From: Rebecca billardiae RCC1528
Taxonomy: Eukaryota > Protista > Haptophyta
Direction: 5' to 3'
DNA: 64,000 bases
NCBI GenBank assembly: GCA_965240325.2
Contig: OZ251224.1
Span: forward strand, 2,294,001-2,358,000
This document shows, one piece after another, positions 49,396 to 61,426 of this stretch. The position numbers and the translations under genes are program-made. Position 1 is the stretch's first letter. The number at the start of each line of letters is the position of its first letter. The notes beneath the pieces are model-generated. The model did no database searches and was not told where the DNA came from. It saw nothing but the letters and a program-made list of their open reading frames with translations.

Positions 49396-50030
49396 TACCA
49401 TTTGTCAGATGGCGACGATCAGGTAACGAGTGGTATGATAAAGAGTCCGGTCACACGCGACCCGCTTCCTCTGCAATCCCAGCTTTCGGCATACGCGGGT
49501 ACGATACATTATGGCCCGCGGTGAAGATAAATACGATGAGAGTCGTTGCGGCGGCGGCCGGCGAGGCCATATTTATTTTACTATGGTCACACATGAACGA
49601 GAGTCTACCCACAATTACCCTGCCTGGCACACTTGGGCGCGGGTTTCGTTGATTCCTCTGAATACAAAAGAGCCGGGCGCGACCTTTTTCGACGAGGATG
49701 CACCTGTAAGGGAGTCTCAAAATTCGAAACTCGGTCTCCTCCAGCCCTGAAAATCGTCCCCCGTCCCTTTTTTCTTTGACGATCAAAGATCTTTTTGAAA
49801 CGTGGTTCGGGCCCGCTGGTGCGGGCTCCACGCTGCGCGCTCCGCCCTGCACCGCGGGCCATCAGCATCATCACAGCAACGACTTCTTTTTTAAAGCGGC
49901 CGTTAGCATGTCCAGCGGCCAGATTAATTTTCGAAAAATTGCTATGCGCTGCGCGCGCGCCCCTAGGGGGCGACGCGCGCGCGCGGCTGGTCATCCCTGC
50001 ATGCCCGCACCGTCAGCTGCCTGATTGCCG

Positions 50031-52111
50031 CTACCCAGCCCCGCTACCGTCGCGCGCAACATCCGCGCCGTAAATCACCGTCACCGAGCGGTCCGAGCGC
50101 GCCGCCATCAATTTGCTCCTGAGTGCCGAAAACTCCTTCTCCGGAAGCCCAGCCTCCTCGCGCAGGAGCTTGCGCGCCGTGATGCACTCCGCGATCAGGT
50201 CGATCGCGTCGGTCTCCACCCTGCGCTGCCATTCGCGCTGCCGCTTGGCGTACTTCGTCAGCCAGAGCCGCCGCACCTTGTCGCCGAACTCCTCTGCCCA
50301 CGTCGCAAGCGACACGCGGCGCACGAGCTGCGCGACCGTCGAGATGTGCGGCTCCGCCGTCGACTTCTTTCCCTCGGCGTACTCGCGGACGAATGAGTCG
50401 AGTGACTTGCGCGCGTGCACGAGCGGCATCGCACGCTTGGTCACCTGCACGAAATGCCCCTGCACCTGCTCGTCCGCGAGCTGCACGAGGCGCCCCCGCC
50501 GCCTGAGGCGAGACGCCGTCTGCGCCCGCCTCCGTGACCGCCCAGACGTTGAAGCGGAGCGGTGGGACGTTGTGCGAGCCCTGGCCGGCGAGGCTGGCGA
50601 GGCTGACGTAAGCGCCGGTGTACGCCACGATGGCCTTCTGCTCCTCCGCGTAGTCGGCCGCCTCGGCGCCGCCGCCAAAACCGCCGCCGGCCGCGCTGCC
50701 GCCTGCCGAGGCAGTGCTGCCACCGAGGCCGCGCTGCTGCGCGCCGCCGCCGGCCGCGCTGCCGCCGGCCGCGCCGCCACCAGCCGCACAACCACCCGCA
50801 CTGTCAGCCGCGCCGCTGGCCGCGCCACATGCCGCGCCACCGGCCGCGCGGACGCCAGCACCGGCTGTGCCGCTAGCCACGCCGCTGCCACTGCCGGCCG
50901 CGCCGCCCACGCCGCCGCCCGCGCCCGCGCCCGCGCCCGCGTTGCCAGCCGCGCCGCCGGCCGCGCCGCCGGCCGCGCCGCCGGCCACGCCACCGGCCGC
51001 GCGGACGCCAGCGCCAGCGGTGCCGCCAGCCACGCAGCTGCCACCAGTGCTGCCACCAGTGCTGCTGCTGCCGCCCGCACCGGCCGCGCCGCCGCCGGCC
51101 GCGCCAACGCCGGCCGCGCCGCCGCCGGCCGCGCCGCCGCCGGCCGCGCGATCGCCAGCGCTGTCAGCCGCGCCGCTGTCCGCGCCGCCGGTCCGGCCGC
51201 GCCTCCAGCCGCGCGGACGCCAACGCCAGCTGTGCCGCCAGCCACGCCACTGCAGCTGCCGCCCGCGCCGCCCGCGCCGCCGCCAGCACCCGCGCCCGCG
51301 TTGCCAGCCGCGCCGCCGGCCGCGTCCGGCCGCGTCGCCGGGCGCACCGCCGCCTGGCGCGCAGTTGTCGGGCGTGCCGCCGTCGGGCGCGCCGCCACCG
51401 GGCGCGCCATCGCCCGCGCTGTCAGCCGCGCCGCCGGCCGCGCCGCAGGCCGCGCCACCGGCCGCGCGGACGCCAACGCCGGCTGTGCCGCCAGCCACGC
51501 CGCTGTCGCTGCAGCTGCCGCCGCCGCCGCTGCTGCTGCCGGCCGCGCCGGCCGCGCGCGGCCGCGCCGCCGCCGGCCGCGCCGCCGCCGGCAGTGCCGC
51601 CGCCGGCCGCGCCACCGCCCGCGCTGTCAGCCGCGCCGCTGGCCGCGCCGCCGGCCGCGCCACCGGCCGGACGGACGCCAGCGCCGACTGTGCCGCCAGC
51701 CACGCCGCTGCCGCTGCCGCTCGCGCCGGCCGCGCCGCCGGCCGCGCCGGCCGCGCCGCCGCCCGTGCCCGCGGACGCGCCCGCGTTGCCAGCCGCGCCG
51801 CCCGCCGCGCCGCCGGCCGCGCCGCCGACCGCGCAACCGGCCGCGCGGACTCCAGCGCCGGCGGCACCGCCAGCTACGCCGCTACCGCTGCCGCTGCCGC
51901 TGCCGCTGCCGCTGCCGCTGCCGCCGCTGCCGCCGGCCGCGCCGCCGGCCGCGTCGCCCGGCCGCGCCGCCTGCAGCGCCGCCAGCCGCGCCGCCCTGCC
52001 GCGCTGGCCACGTGCAGCGGCGGCAGCTGGCGGCGCCGGTCGCGGTGGGAGCCGGCCGCTCCGGATCACGTCATTGATCCCGTCGGCATGCGCACTCCAT
52101 AGCTCGGGCAT
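50031..52111 (-). pseudogene. Gly/Ala/Ser-repeat protein with a globular C-terminus, two apparent frameshifts
   Basis: ORFs 51422..52111, 50044..51867 and 50031..51476 join into MPELWSAH...(GVAGGTAGAGVRAAGGAA...)n...EEQKAIVAYTG...LVQLADEQVQGHF...; shifts near 51555 and in a G5 run near 50495. Confidence 0.55.
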
Positions 52112-52538
52112 GTCCGAGTCCGGCCGCTCCGAGATGGCGATCGCCTCCGACGACGCGAGCGCAACACTTTATGGGAGCGGATCGGGTCGTAGAAAAGCGT
52201 CAACAAATATAGGTGAGAATCGCAACGACATACCTATGAGGTGCGCTCAAAAAGGTAACGACATGCGTTCTCGATTTCCGAGGCGTGCCTAATCAAAAAA
52301 CGTTCGAGGCCCCATTCTTCGTATTCCTGCTCCGGTATTACTTTGGAAGGCAGTACTTTAGATGACAAGGGGTCGGAGCTGGGCAGGGCTTTGTCACGAA
52401 TTCAAATCATTTAAAGCTGTGTTCACCAGCCGATGACGCTGAACGTCATCACGCCTGCCCATCATGAAGCACTCGTCTTGGCCGATTGCGGCGGGGCGAA
52501 CGACACAGGGCCACGGGTCGGTCCGTAGGTCGAGCACG

Positions 52539-55359
52539 ATGCGGCTCGTCTCCGTTCGCGCCGTGGTGTGCGCGTGCCTTCTCGCCGCGCTCGAGGTGCC
52601 CGCCAAGACGGTGAGCGACGAGCTCGCCTCCCACATGAAGGGCGTCGGCTCAACCGACTTCACGTCATGGTTTGCGCGCACCGCTCGAGCGCGTGTTGTT
52701 CGGGGCAGCCGACGCGCCGAGCGCGCGATGCGTTCGCAGCAAGCGGGTTCGGCGTGTATCTTCACTCCCTCGCGTCGCTGCTCCCGCCCGCAGCTGCTCC
52801 AGGCACCGCGCGTGACCTGTCGTGGGCGCGCCCCTTGATGTGTGCGTGTCTGTCGCGCAGGCATAGCGTCTGGTCGAGCATCGAGGGCTCCATCCCGACG
52901 TGGATCGGCGACGCGACGCAGCTGCGGAGCATCTTCGTCTGCTCCAACTATGAGACGATGACGGGCCCGCTGCCCTCGGAGATTGGCCGCCTCACGCGCC
53001 TGCAGTTTGTGAAGCTCATGACCACCGGACTCGAGAACGGGCCCGTGCCCGTGCGCGCGCGTGGAGCGCCGCGCACGTGCAGCTCGTGCCCGCGCGCGCG
53101 TTGCCGTGTAGCTCGTGTCCGTTTCGGGTTCGCCGACTCCCGCGCTCGCTCACCGCGCGTGCGCCCCGCCCCACGCGTCGTGCGGCACGCGCGCGCCTCA
53201 GACGGAGCTTGGCCTCCTCACCGGTGTGAGCTATCTCAACGTCCTTGGCAACCGGCTGAGCGGCGAGGTGCCGACGGAACTGGGTCGGCTGTCACTGCTG
53301 GAGGGGCTCATGCTCGGCCATGGCAACCAGCTGCACGGCAAGATGCCCACCGAGCTCGGCGCGCTCGGCCCCACGCTGCGAACGCTCAGCATGTACGGCC
53401 AAAAAGTGGAAGGCACGGTGCCGACTGAGCTAGGGCTGATCACGCACGCGACCAAGATCGAGCTCGTCGGGACGCTGCTGTCAGGCACGCTGCCCGTGGA
53501 GGTGCTCGAGATGCCCAACCTGGACGCCTGGTGCGCTGCGCGCCGCACGCGCGCGCGGCGCGCCGTGGCTCGGCCCAGAGGCGGCCGCCGGCCTGCCGTC
53601 GCTCGGGGGGCGCGCCCGCGCTCACGCGCCCGCGCCCGCCGCCCTCCGGTCTGCCCGCAGGGATGTGTCGTACACGCCAGTGCAGCTCCACTACTTGTGC
53701 GCAACAGCGCGCCCCCGCGTCGCGGCGCGCGGCGCGTGGCGCGCGAGCTGACCCTCGGCCGCCCCGCACACGCGCCTCGGCCACCGCTGCGGCTTTACTC
53801 CCTTGGCTGGCTGCGCGGGCCGGCGGGACGCCGCGCTGCTCTTGCCCCCACGCCACTCGCCAGCAAGGGACAGCTGCCCACCGAGATCGGCACGACTTAC
53901 CCGTGGCAGCTGTTCGACATGCGGAAGGACCCGGTCACGGGCACGCTGCCGACCGAGATCGGCCTCCTCAGCACCCTCACGAAAATCTCGCTGCACCAAG
54001 GCCGCGACCAGCGGCTGATGCGGCTCGACACCACACTGCCCACCGAGATTGGCCGGCTGACTGCGCTGGGCCTCATGCAGATTGGGTCGAACAATGGGTA
54101 CTCAACGTTCCGAGGCACGCTGCCGACGGAGATCGGCGCGTGCGCCAGTCTGGCCGACTTGTGCGCGCACGCCGCTCGGCGCGCACCGCCCGCCCCTCGC
54201 GCGCAGCATCACCCCGCCTGCCGTTGTGCTCATACTGATATGTGTGCTGCGCGTGCGTGGCTGCTTTTCTGCATGCCACGGCTCCCCTCGGCCGCGCGGC
54301 CGCGTCCTTGATGGATTGTCCCGCTGTGGCCTTCCCCTCGCAGCTCGGCAGAGGTAGTTGACATCTCGGGCTCGGTGCCAACCGAGCTCGCCAAGCTGGA
54401 CCACCTGAGCTATCTGTGCGGGCACCGTGCACCGCGCGCGCGTGCCTCGAATGTGCGCGTGCGACGGGTCGAACCGTGCGCCCCTGCCCTCGCGCAGTCG
54501 CCTGATCCATTCCAACTTCGAAGGCACCATCCCAACTGAGCTCGGACTGCTGCGCTCGATGACGGACATCATGTGCGCGCGTCTGCGCCCGCGCGCCGTG
54601 TGCGCGCGCGCGGGTGCGAGTGCGCGCAGCCGAGCACCGATGCCGTCCGGCGCCCGCTGCCGCGCGCGCGCCCGGCCGGTTGCGTGCGCGCGGCTTGGAC
54701 GCATCAGTGAGCTGAACGACAACTCGCTCGTGGGCACGGTGCCGAGTGAGCTGGCGCTGCTGGATCGCGACGACTTCCCCGGTCAGAGGTCCGTCAGCCG
54801 CGTCGGCCTGTGGGGCAACTCGCTCACCGGCAAGCTGCCCCTGGCGGCATTCGAGCACGACAACTGGAAGGACTTCTTGTGCGGCGCACGCGACGACGAC
54901 GCGCGAGCGCGTGGACGCGCCGCGTTCGGGGCGAGGGCGGGAGGGCGGCTGCGCGCGCGCCCCGTGCGCGGGCAGTCCCTGCGGCCGCGCGCTCACCTGT
55001 GCACACACCCGGTGCGCCCTTCCATCCCGCGTGCGCTGCGCCCTAGCCTCGTGTGCTCCCCGTGGGAGTATCGCAGCTGCTCCGTGAATCTCCCGCCGGC
55101 AGATTGGAAGCCCCCGCGCCGTGCGCGGGGCGAGCCGGGGGCCCGTGCGCAGATGCACGAGGCTGCGCCAAGCACCGACCAGCCGAGCTCGGGCGCCGTG
55201 GCGTCTGGCGTTGCGCTTGCGGTCGGCTCCCTCGCGCTGATCCTGCTGGCTGCGGGTGCGGCACTCCGCCGCGTGCGTGCGACAGCGACCACGCGCGTGC
55301 TGGCAGGCCACGTGGCGGGCGGCGGGCTGGTGTCAGAGACCGGCATGCCGATGATGTGA
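52539..55359 (+). CDS. LRR receptor-like protein (signal peptide, plant-specific-type LRRs, TM, short tail), ~8 introns
   Basis: Repeated G.(L/I/V)PTE(L/I)G.L units across exons; introns e.g. 52670-52860, 53051-53201, 54161-54343, 54416-54497; TM VALAVGSLALILLAAGAAL followed by RRVR. Confidence 0.85.
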
Positions 55360-56950
55360 ATAATGAATTGTGATGCGCGACGCGGGTCACTGACAGTTGG
55401 CCCGCTGCACTGACGGCCCGACGACGGGACGACGGCGGTGCGCTTCAGCCAGCGGGCGTGAAGCCGCACTGTGCGTCGCTTCAACGGTATTGTCCTGCAC
55501 GTTGTTGCCTCAAACCGTATAGTTACCTGGCGCTATGCTATCACGCCAATGAAGCCTCTGATTGGCCGATCGGCACTGCGCCTGAAGGGGGGGGTTCCGA
55601 CGAATTGGTCCCTCGACGCGAGCTCGACTGCACACTGCCGCACGTCAGTGTGCCTTGTTGTGTGTACATGCACTGCGGTAGCGGCCTAGGGCGTCCCGAC
55701 AGCGAGGGCAGGGTGGCGTAGATGGTCTCGTGGGAGGTGCATCCGTGTGTCGGAGACGCCTCGGCACCTCGGTGGCGTGCCCACATCTCTCCTTGTCGCT
55801 GCTTGCTAGCTGTGTGCTCGGCCAGCAGTTTGGATTGAAGTGCACGCCTGCACGTGCATGCATGCGGCCAGTGTTGGCCGGATCGATATATATATATATG
55901 TGTCCTCCTGCACAAAGATTGAAGCGGCGCCAATCGATGTGTGTATATATACTTGTGTGAGGTGGGGATTTGTCCCTGGATGACGGGAAGAGCGACTGAG
56001 CCGACGGTGCCAAAGCTGCGCGCAGACTGCGCCAGCGTGTGGCAGCAAGGTCCCTGGCTCAGGCGAGCATAGCACTCACAGGCCTGACAACAGCAAGCTC
56101 GTCAACCACAACGGAGGCTGCAGGGGCGGATGGCGGGTTGAGCGACGAGCGAGCGAGCACGAGCAAAGAAGCACGCGACGGCGAAGGAGATGGGGCCTCG
56201 TTTGCTGATGATGAGGCAAGGGGCCGACTGGCAGTAACTGATGAGCAGCTTGTGAGCTCGGCGCGAAAGGTCGTAAAGTGCCGATTTGTGTGAGCTCGAC
56301 TGGTTAGTTGCTTGATGAACTGGAAAGCTGCCACTCGGATGACTGCAGATGATCTTGGATATGATCTCGAGCGCCGTACCAGCACGAAGCAACTACCTGC
56401 AGGATCAGGTAGACGATGGAGGCCCTTGGCCTTGGCTGTCACGACACTGCGACGCATCACCTTCCAGCCTCCCGACACATTCGGTTATAACTGCGTTATA
56501 ACGCCACGTGTCCTCCTGCACAAAGATTGAAGCGGCGCCAATCGATGTGTATATATACTTGTGTGAGGTGGGGATTTGTCCCTGGATGACGGGAAGAGCG
56601 ACTGAGCCGACGGTGCCAAAGCTGCGCGCAGACTGCGCCAGCGTGTGGCAGCAAGGTCCCGTTTGTGAGCAGGAGAGATCCCGTTGAGGATGAGGGCGCT
56701 GCAGCGAGATGCTGGAGGCGAGCGACACGGAGGAGGCCGAAGGTGGCGAGGTGGCACGTCCTCGTGTTTTTTTTGGTTTTTTTTTTGGGGTAGGTTGTGT
56801 GTGTCCTGTGCGCGCGCGCGCGCACGCGCGCGCCGGTGCGTTGGGCAGAAAAGCCAGAGGCAGCAGCCCCAGCCAGACGGGCAGAAAAGCCTGCAGCAGC
56901 TGGATGGGGCAGCTGCTTTCCGCCGAGCATTTGCATGCTCCACTGAACAG

Positions 56951-58508
56951 GAACAAAACAAAGTCACCTGGGCAGAAAAGCTCGGGCCAGTAGGGCAGAA
57001 AAGCCTGGGGCAGCTGCGAAGGGGCCGCCCCCCGCCGAGCATATGCATGCTGCGGAACTGGAACAAAACAAAGTCACCTGGGCAGAAAAGCCCGGGCCAG
57101 TCGGGCAGAAAAGCCCGGAGCAGCCGCGGAGGGGCCGCCCCCCGCCGAGCATACGCATGCTGCGGAACTGGAACAAAACAAAGTTACCCGGGCAGAAAAG
57201 CCCGGGCCAGTCGGGCAGAAAAGCCCGGGGCAGCCGCGAAGGGGCCGCCCCCCGCCGAGCATACGCATGCTGCGGAACTGGAACAAAACAAAGTTACCCG
57301 GGCAGAAAAGCCCGGGCCAGTCGGGCAGAAAAGCCCGGGGCAGCCGCGAAGGGGCCGCCCCCCGCCGAGCATATGCATGCTGCGGAACTGGAACAAAACA
57401 AAGTCACCCGGGCAGAAAAGCCCGGGCCAGTCGGGCAGAAAAGCCCGGGGCAGCCGCGAAGGGGCCGCCCCCCGCCGAGCATACGCATGCTGCGGAACTG
57501 GGACAAAACAAAGTTACCCGGGCAGAAAAGCCCGGGCCAGTCGGGCAGAAAAGCCCGGGGCAGCCGCGAAGGGGCCGCCCCCCGCCGAGCATATGCATGC
57601 TGCGGAACTGGAACAAAACAAAGTTACCCGGGCAGAAAAGCCCGGGCCAGTCGGGCAGAAAAGCCCGGGGCAGCCGCGAAGGGGCCGCCCCCCGCCGAGC
57701 ATACGCATGCTGCGGAACTGGAACAAAACAAAGTCACCCGGGCAGAAAAGCCCGGGCCAGTCGGGCAGAAAAGCCCGGGGCAGCCGCGAAGGGGCCGCCC
57801 CCCGCCGAGCATACGCATGCTGCGGAACTGGAACAAAACAAAGTTACCCGGGCAGAAAAGCCCGGGCCAGTCGGGCAGAAAAGCCCGGGGCAGCCGCGAA
57901 GGGGCCGCCCCCCGCCGAGCATACGCATGCTGCGGAACTGGAACAAAACAAAGTTACCCGGGCAGAAAAGCCCGGGCCAGTCTGGCAGAAAAGCCCTGGG
58001 CAGCCGCGAAGGGGCCGCCCCCCGCCGAGCATATATGCATGCTGCGGAACTGGAACAAAACAAAGTCACCCGGGCAGAAAAGCCCGGGCCAGTCGGGCAG
58101 AAAAGCCCGGGGCAGCCGCGAAGGGGCCGCCCCCCGCCGAGCATACGCATGCTGCGGAACTGGAACAAAACAAAGTCACCCGGGCAGAAAAGCCCGGGCC
58201 AGTCGGGCAGAAAAGCCCGGGGCAGCCGCGAAGGGGCCGCCCCCCGCCGAGCATACGCATGCTGCGGAACTGGAACAAAACAAAGTCACCCGGGCAGAAA
58301 AGCCCGGGCCAGTCGGGCAGAAAAGCCCGGGGCAGCCGCGAAGGGGCCGCCCCCCGCCGAGCATATATGCATGCTGCGGAACTGGAACAAAACAAAGTCA
58401 CCCGGGCAGAAAAGCCCGGGCCAGTCGGGCAGAAAAGCCCGGGGCAGCCGCGAAGGGGCCGCCCCCCGCCGAGCATACGCATGCTGCGGAACTGGAACAA
58501 AACAAAGT
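56951..58508. repeat. 110-bp tandem satellite, ~14 full copies plus degenerate flanks
   Basis: GAACAAAACAAAGT(C/T)ACCCGGGCAGAAAAGCCC... at 110-bp period (two units 112 bp). Confidence 0.95.
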
Positions 58509-58557
58509 CGCCAAAACCAAGTGCCAGTCAGGCAGAGAACGTCGCTGACTGAGCAGT

Positions 58558-60798
58558 GTCGAGGCAGGAGCGCTGCGGCAGCGAGCGCGCCGGCGGGGCG
58601 GCCGCAGGCCGTTGTTGAGCTGCGCGAGCGCGCGCTCGCCCTGCTGCGGGCGAGCGGCAGCGAGCGGCGGTGCGAATGGAGCGTGCGGCGAGCACGGCCA
58701 CGCCGAGTGCGAGCGGCACCGCCACCGCGCGCCGAGGAGGCAGCAGCGGGCGGCGAGCTGTCGAGGCCGGAGCGCGGCGGCGGCGAGCGCGGCGGCGGCG
58801 CTGCAGCAGGCTGTGTCGAGCTGCGCGAGCGTGCGCTCACCCTGCTGCGGGCGAGCGGCAGCAAAAGCGAGCGGCGGCGCGAATGGAGCGTGCGGCGAGC
58901 ACGGCCACGCCGAGTGCACGCGGCACCACCACCGCGTGCTGTGGCGGCAGCAGGCGCAGCGGGCAGCGAGCCGTCGAGGCAGGAGCGCGGCAGCAGCGAG
59001 CGCGGCGGCAGTGTGGCAGCAGGCTGTTGTTGGGCTGCGCGAGTGCGCGCTCGCCCTGCTGCGGGCGAGCGGCAGCGAGCGGCGGCGCGAATGGAGCGTG
59101 CGGCGAGCACGGCCACGCCGAGTGCAAGCGGCACCACCACCGCGTGCTGTGGCGGCAGCAGGCGCAGCGGGCAGCGAGCCGTCAAGGCAGGAGCGCGGCA
59201 GCAGCGAGCGCGGCGGCAGTGTGGCAGCAGGCTGTGTCGAGCTGCGCGAGCGTGCGCTCACCCTGCTGCGGCCGAGCGGCAGCAAAAGCGAGCGGCGGCG
59301 CGAATGGAGCGTGCGGCGAGCACGGCCACGCCGAGTGCAAGCGGCACCACCACCGCGTGCTGTGGCGGCAGCAGGCGCAGCGGGCAGCGAGCCGTCGAGG
59401 CAGGAGCGCTGCAGCAGCGAGCGCGGCGGCAGTGTGGCAGCAGGCTGTTGTTGGGCTGCGCGAGTGCGCGCTCGCCCTGCTGCTGGCGAGCGGCAGCGAG
59501 CGGCGGGGCGAATGGAGCGTGCGGCGAGCACGGCCACGCCGAGTGCAAGCGGCACCACCACCGCGTGCTGTGGCGGCAGCAGGCGCAGCGGGCAGCGAGC
59601 CGTCGAGGCAGGAGCGCGGCAGCAGCGAGCGCGGCGGCAGTGTGGCAGCCGGCTGTTGTTGGGCTGCGCGAGTGCGCGCTCACCCTGCTGCGGGCGAGCG
59701 GCAGCAAAGGCGAGCGGCGGCGCGAATGGAGCGTGCGGCGAGCACGGCCACGCCGAGTGCACGCGGCACCACCACCGCGTGCTGTGGCGGCAGCAGGCGC
59801 AGCGGGCAGCGAGCCGTTGAGGCAGGAGCGCGGCAGCAGCGAGCGCGGCGGCAGTGTGGCAGCAGGCTGTTGTTGGGCTGCGCGAGTGCGCGCTCGCCCT
59901 GCTGCGGGCGAGCGGCAGCAAAAGCGAGCGGCGGCGCGAATGGAGCGTGCGGCGAGCACGGCCACGCCGAGTGCAAGCGGCACCACCACCGCGTGCTGTG
60001 GCGGCAGCAGGCGCAGCGGGCAGCGAGCCGTCGAGGCAGGAGCGCGGCAGCAGCGAGCGCGGCGGCAGTGTGGCAGCAGGCTGTTGTTGGGCTGCGCGAG
60101 TGCGCGCTCGCCCTGCTGCGGGTGGGCGGCAGCGAGCGACGGCGCGAATGGAGCGGGCGGCGAGCACGGCCACGCCGAGTGCAAGCGGCACCACCACGGC
60201 GCGCCGTGGCGGCGGCAGCAGCGACGACGAGCACGAGCAAACAAGCACCACCACCATCGCGCGCCTGTTGCGTTGTGCGGGCGCGCGCTCGCCCTGCTGC
60301 GGGCGAGCGGCAGCGAGCGGTGGCGCGAATGGAGCGTGTGGCGAGCACGGCCACGCCGAGTGCAAGCGGCACCACCACCACGCGCCGTGGCGGGCCGAGT
60401 GCAAGCGGCACCACCACCGCGCGCCGTGGCGGCGGCAGCAGCGACGACGAGCACGAGCAAACAAGCACCACCACCATCGCGCGCCTGTTGCGTTGTGCGA
60501 GCGCGCACTCGCCCTGCTGCGGGCGAGCGGCAGCGAGCGGCGGCGCGAATGGAGTGCGCGGCGAGCACGGCCACGCCGAGTGCAAGCGGCACCACCACCG
60601 CGCGCCGTGGCGGCGGCAGCAGCGACGACGAGCACGAGCAAACAAGCACCACCACCATCGCGCGCCTGTTGCGTTGTGTGGGCGCGCGCTCGCCCCGCTG
60701 CGGGCGAGCGGCAGCGAGCGGTGGCTCGAATGGAGTGTGCGGCGAGCACGGCCACGCCGAGTGCGAGCGGCACCACCACCGCGCGCCTTGGCGGCAGC
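58558..60798. repeat. ~202-214-bp tandem satellite (~7-8 copies) grading into three variant units
   Basis: GTCGAGGCAGGAGCG anchors at 58558, 58760, 58973, 59181, 59394, 59602, 59816, 60030; variant GCACGAGCAAACAAGCACC units at ~60220, 60440, 60620. Confidence 0.92.
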
Positions 60799-61426
60799 AG
60801 CGACGAGCGAGCGAGCACGAGCAAAGAAGCACGCGACGGCGAAGGAGATGGGGCCTCGTTTGCTGATGATGAGGCAAGGGGCCGACTGGCAGTAACTGAT
60901 GAGCAGCTTGTGAGCTCGGCGCGAAAGGTCGTAAAGTGCCGATTTGTGTGAGCTCGACTGGTTAGTTGCTTGATGAACTGGAAAGCTGCCACTCGGATGA
61001 CTGCAGATGATCTTGGATATGATCTCGAGCGCCGTACCAGCACGAAGCAACTACCTGCAGGATCAGGTAGACGATGGAGGCCCTTGGCCTTGGCTGTCAC
61101 GACACTGCGACGCATCACCTTCCAGCCTCCCGACACATTCGGTTATAACTGCGTTATAACGCCACATATAGTGAGTGTGCTTGCGGGTACTCCCACCCGA
61201 TGCGGCTCTCTGCCGCTGTCGTAGTAGCTCTAGTGCATGAATCCCAAGCAGTGCACTCCAACCCACGACGTGTGCGACGTTATCATGGCGGTAGACCACA
61301 TGCTGGCCATGTTCATTTCCAAATAGCGCATTTCTGATGCGCGATTCCTAGGCAATTGAATTAGCGAGCATGTTGGGCGCATGGCCGACTAGATTCGACA
61401 GGTTCCAGGACTCGCGCGAGGGCTTG

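Larger units (their letters stand above)
47926..49861 (-). mobile_element. Non-autonomous Helentron/Helitron2-like element, copy 3 (reverse orientation, different cargo)
   Basis: Reverse complement of the 3' hairpin at 47927-47943 and subterminal repeat near 47971-47990; the 5' ~290 bp (49570-49861) matches 28668-28940. Confidence 0.65.
55900..61165. mobile_element. Non-autonomous split-direct-repeat element (TOC1/PAT/Ngaro-type layout)
   Basis: B 55900-56054 = B 56508-56660; C 56141-56507 = C 60799-61165; the internal C|B junction equals the joined outer ends; flanked by TA repeats. Confidence 0.8.

Noticed and set aside
50600-50660. EEQKAIVAYTGAY resembles the start of VIP2-like ADP-ribosyltransferases
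   Set aside because: No downstream R / S-T-S / E-x-E motifs are visible.
52740-52780. Apparent micro-exon with a non-canonical GC donor in the LRR gene
   Set aside because: A single canonical intron 52670-52860 gives an in-frame TDFTSWHSVWSS.
56951-58508. Possible CRISPR-like array
   Set aside because: Units are identical end to end with no unique spacers, there are no cas genes, and the context is eukaryotic.
56684-61136. Very long ORFs (up to 1199 aa) over the satellites
   Set aside because: The period is not a multiple of 3 and all frames cycle through the same peptides; these are stop-free GC-rich repeats, not genes.
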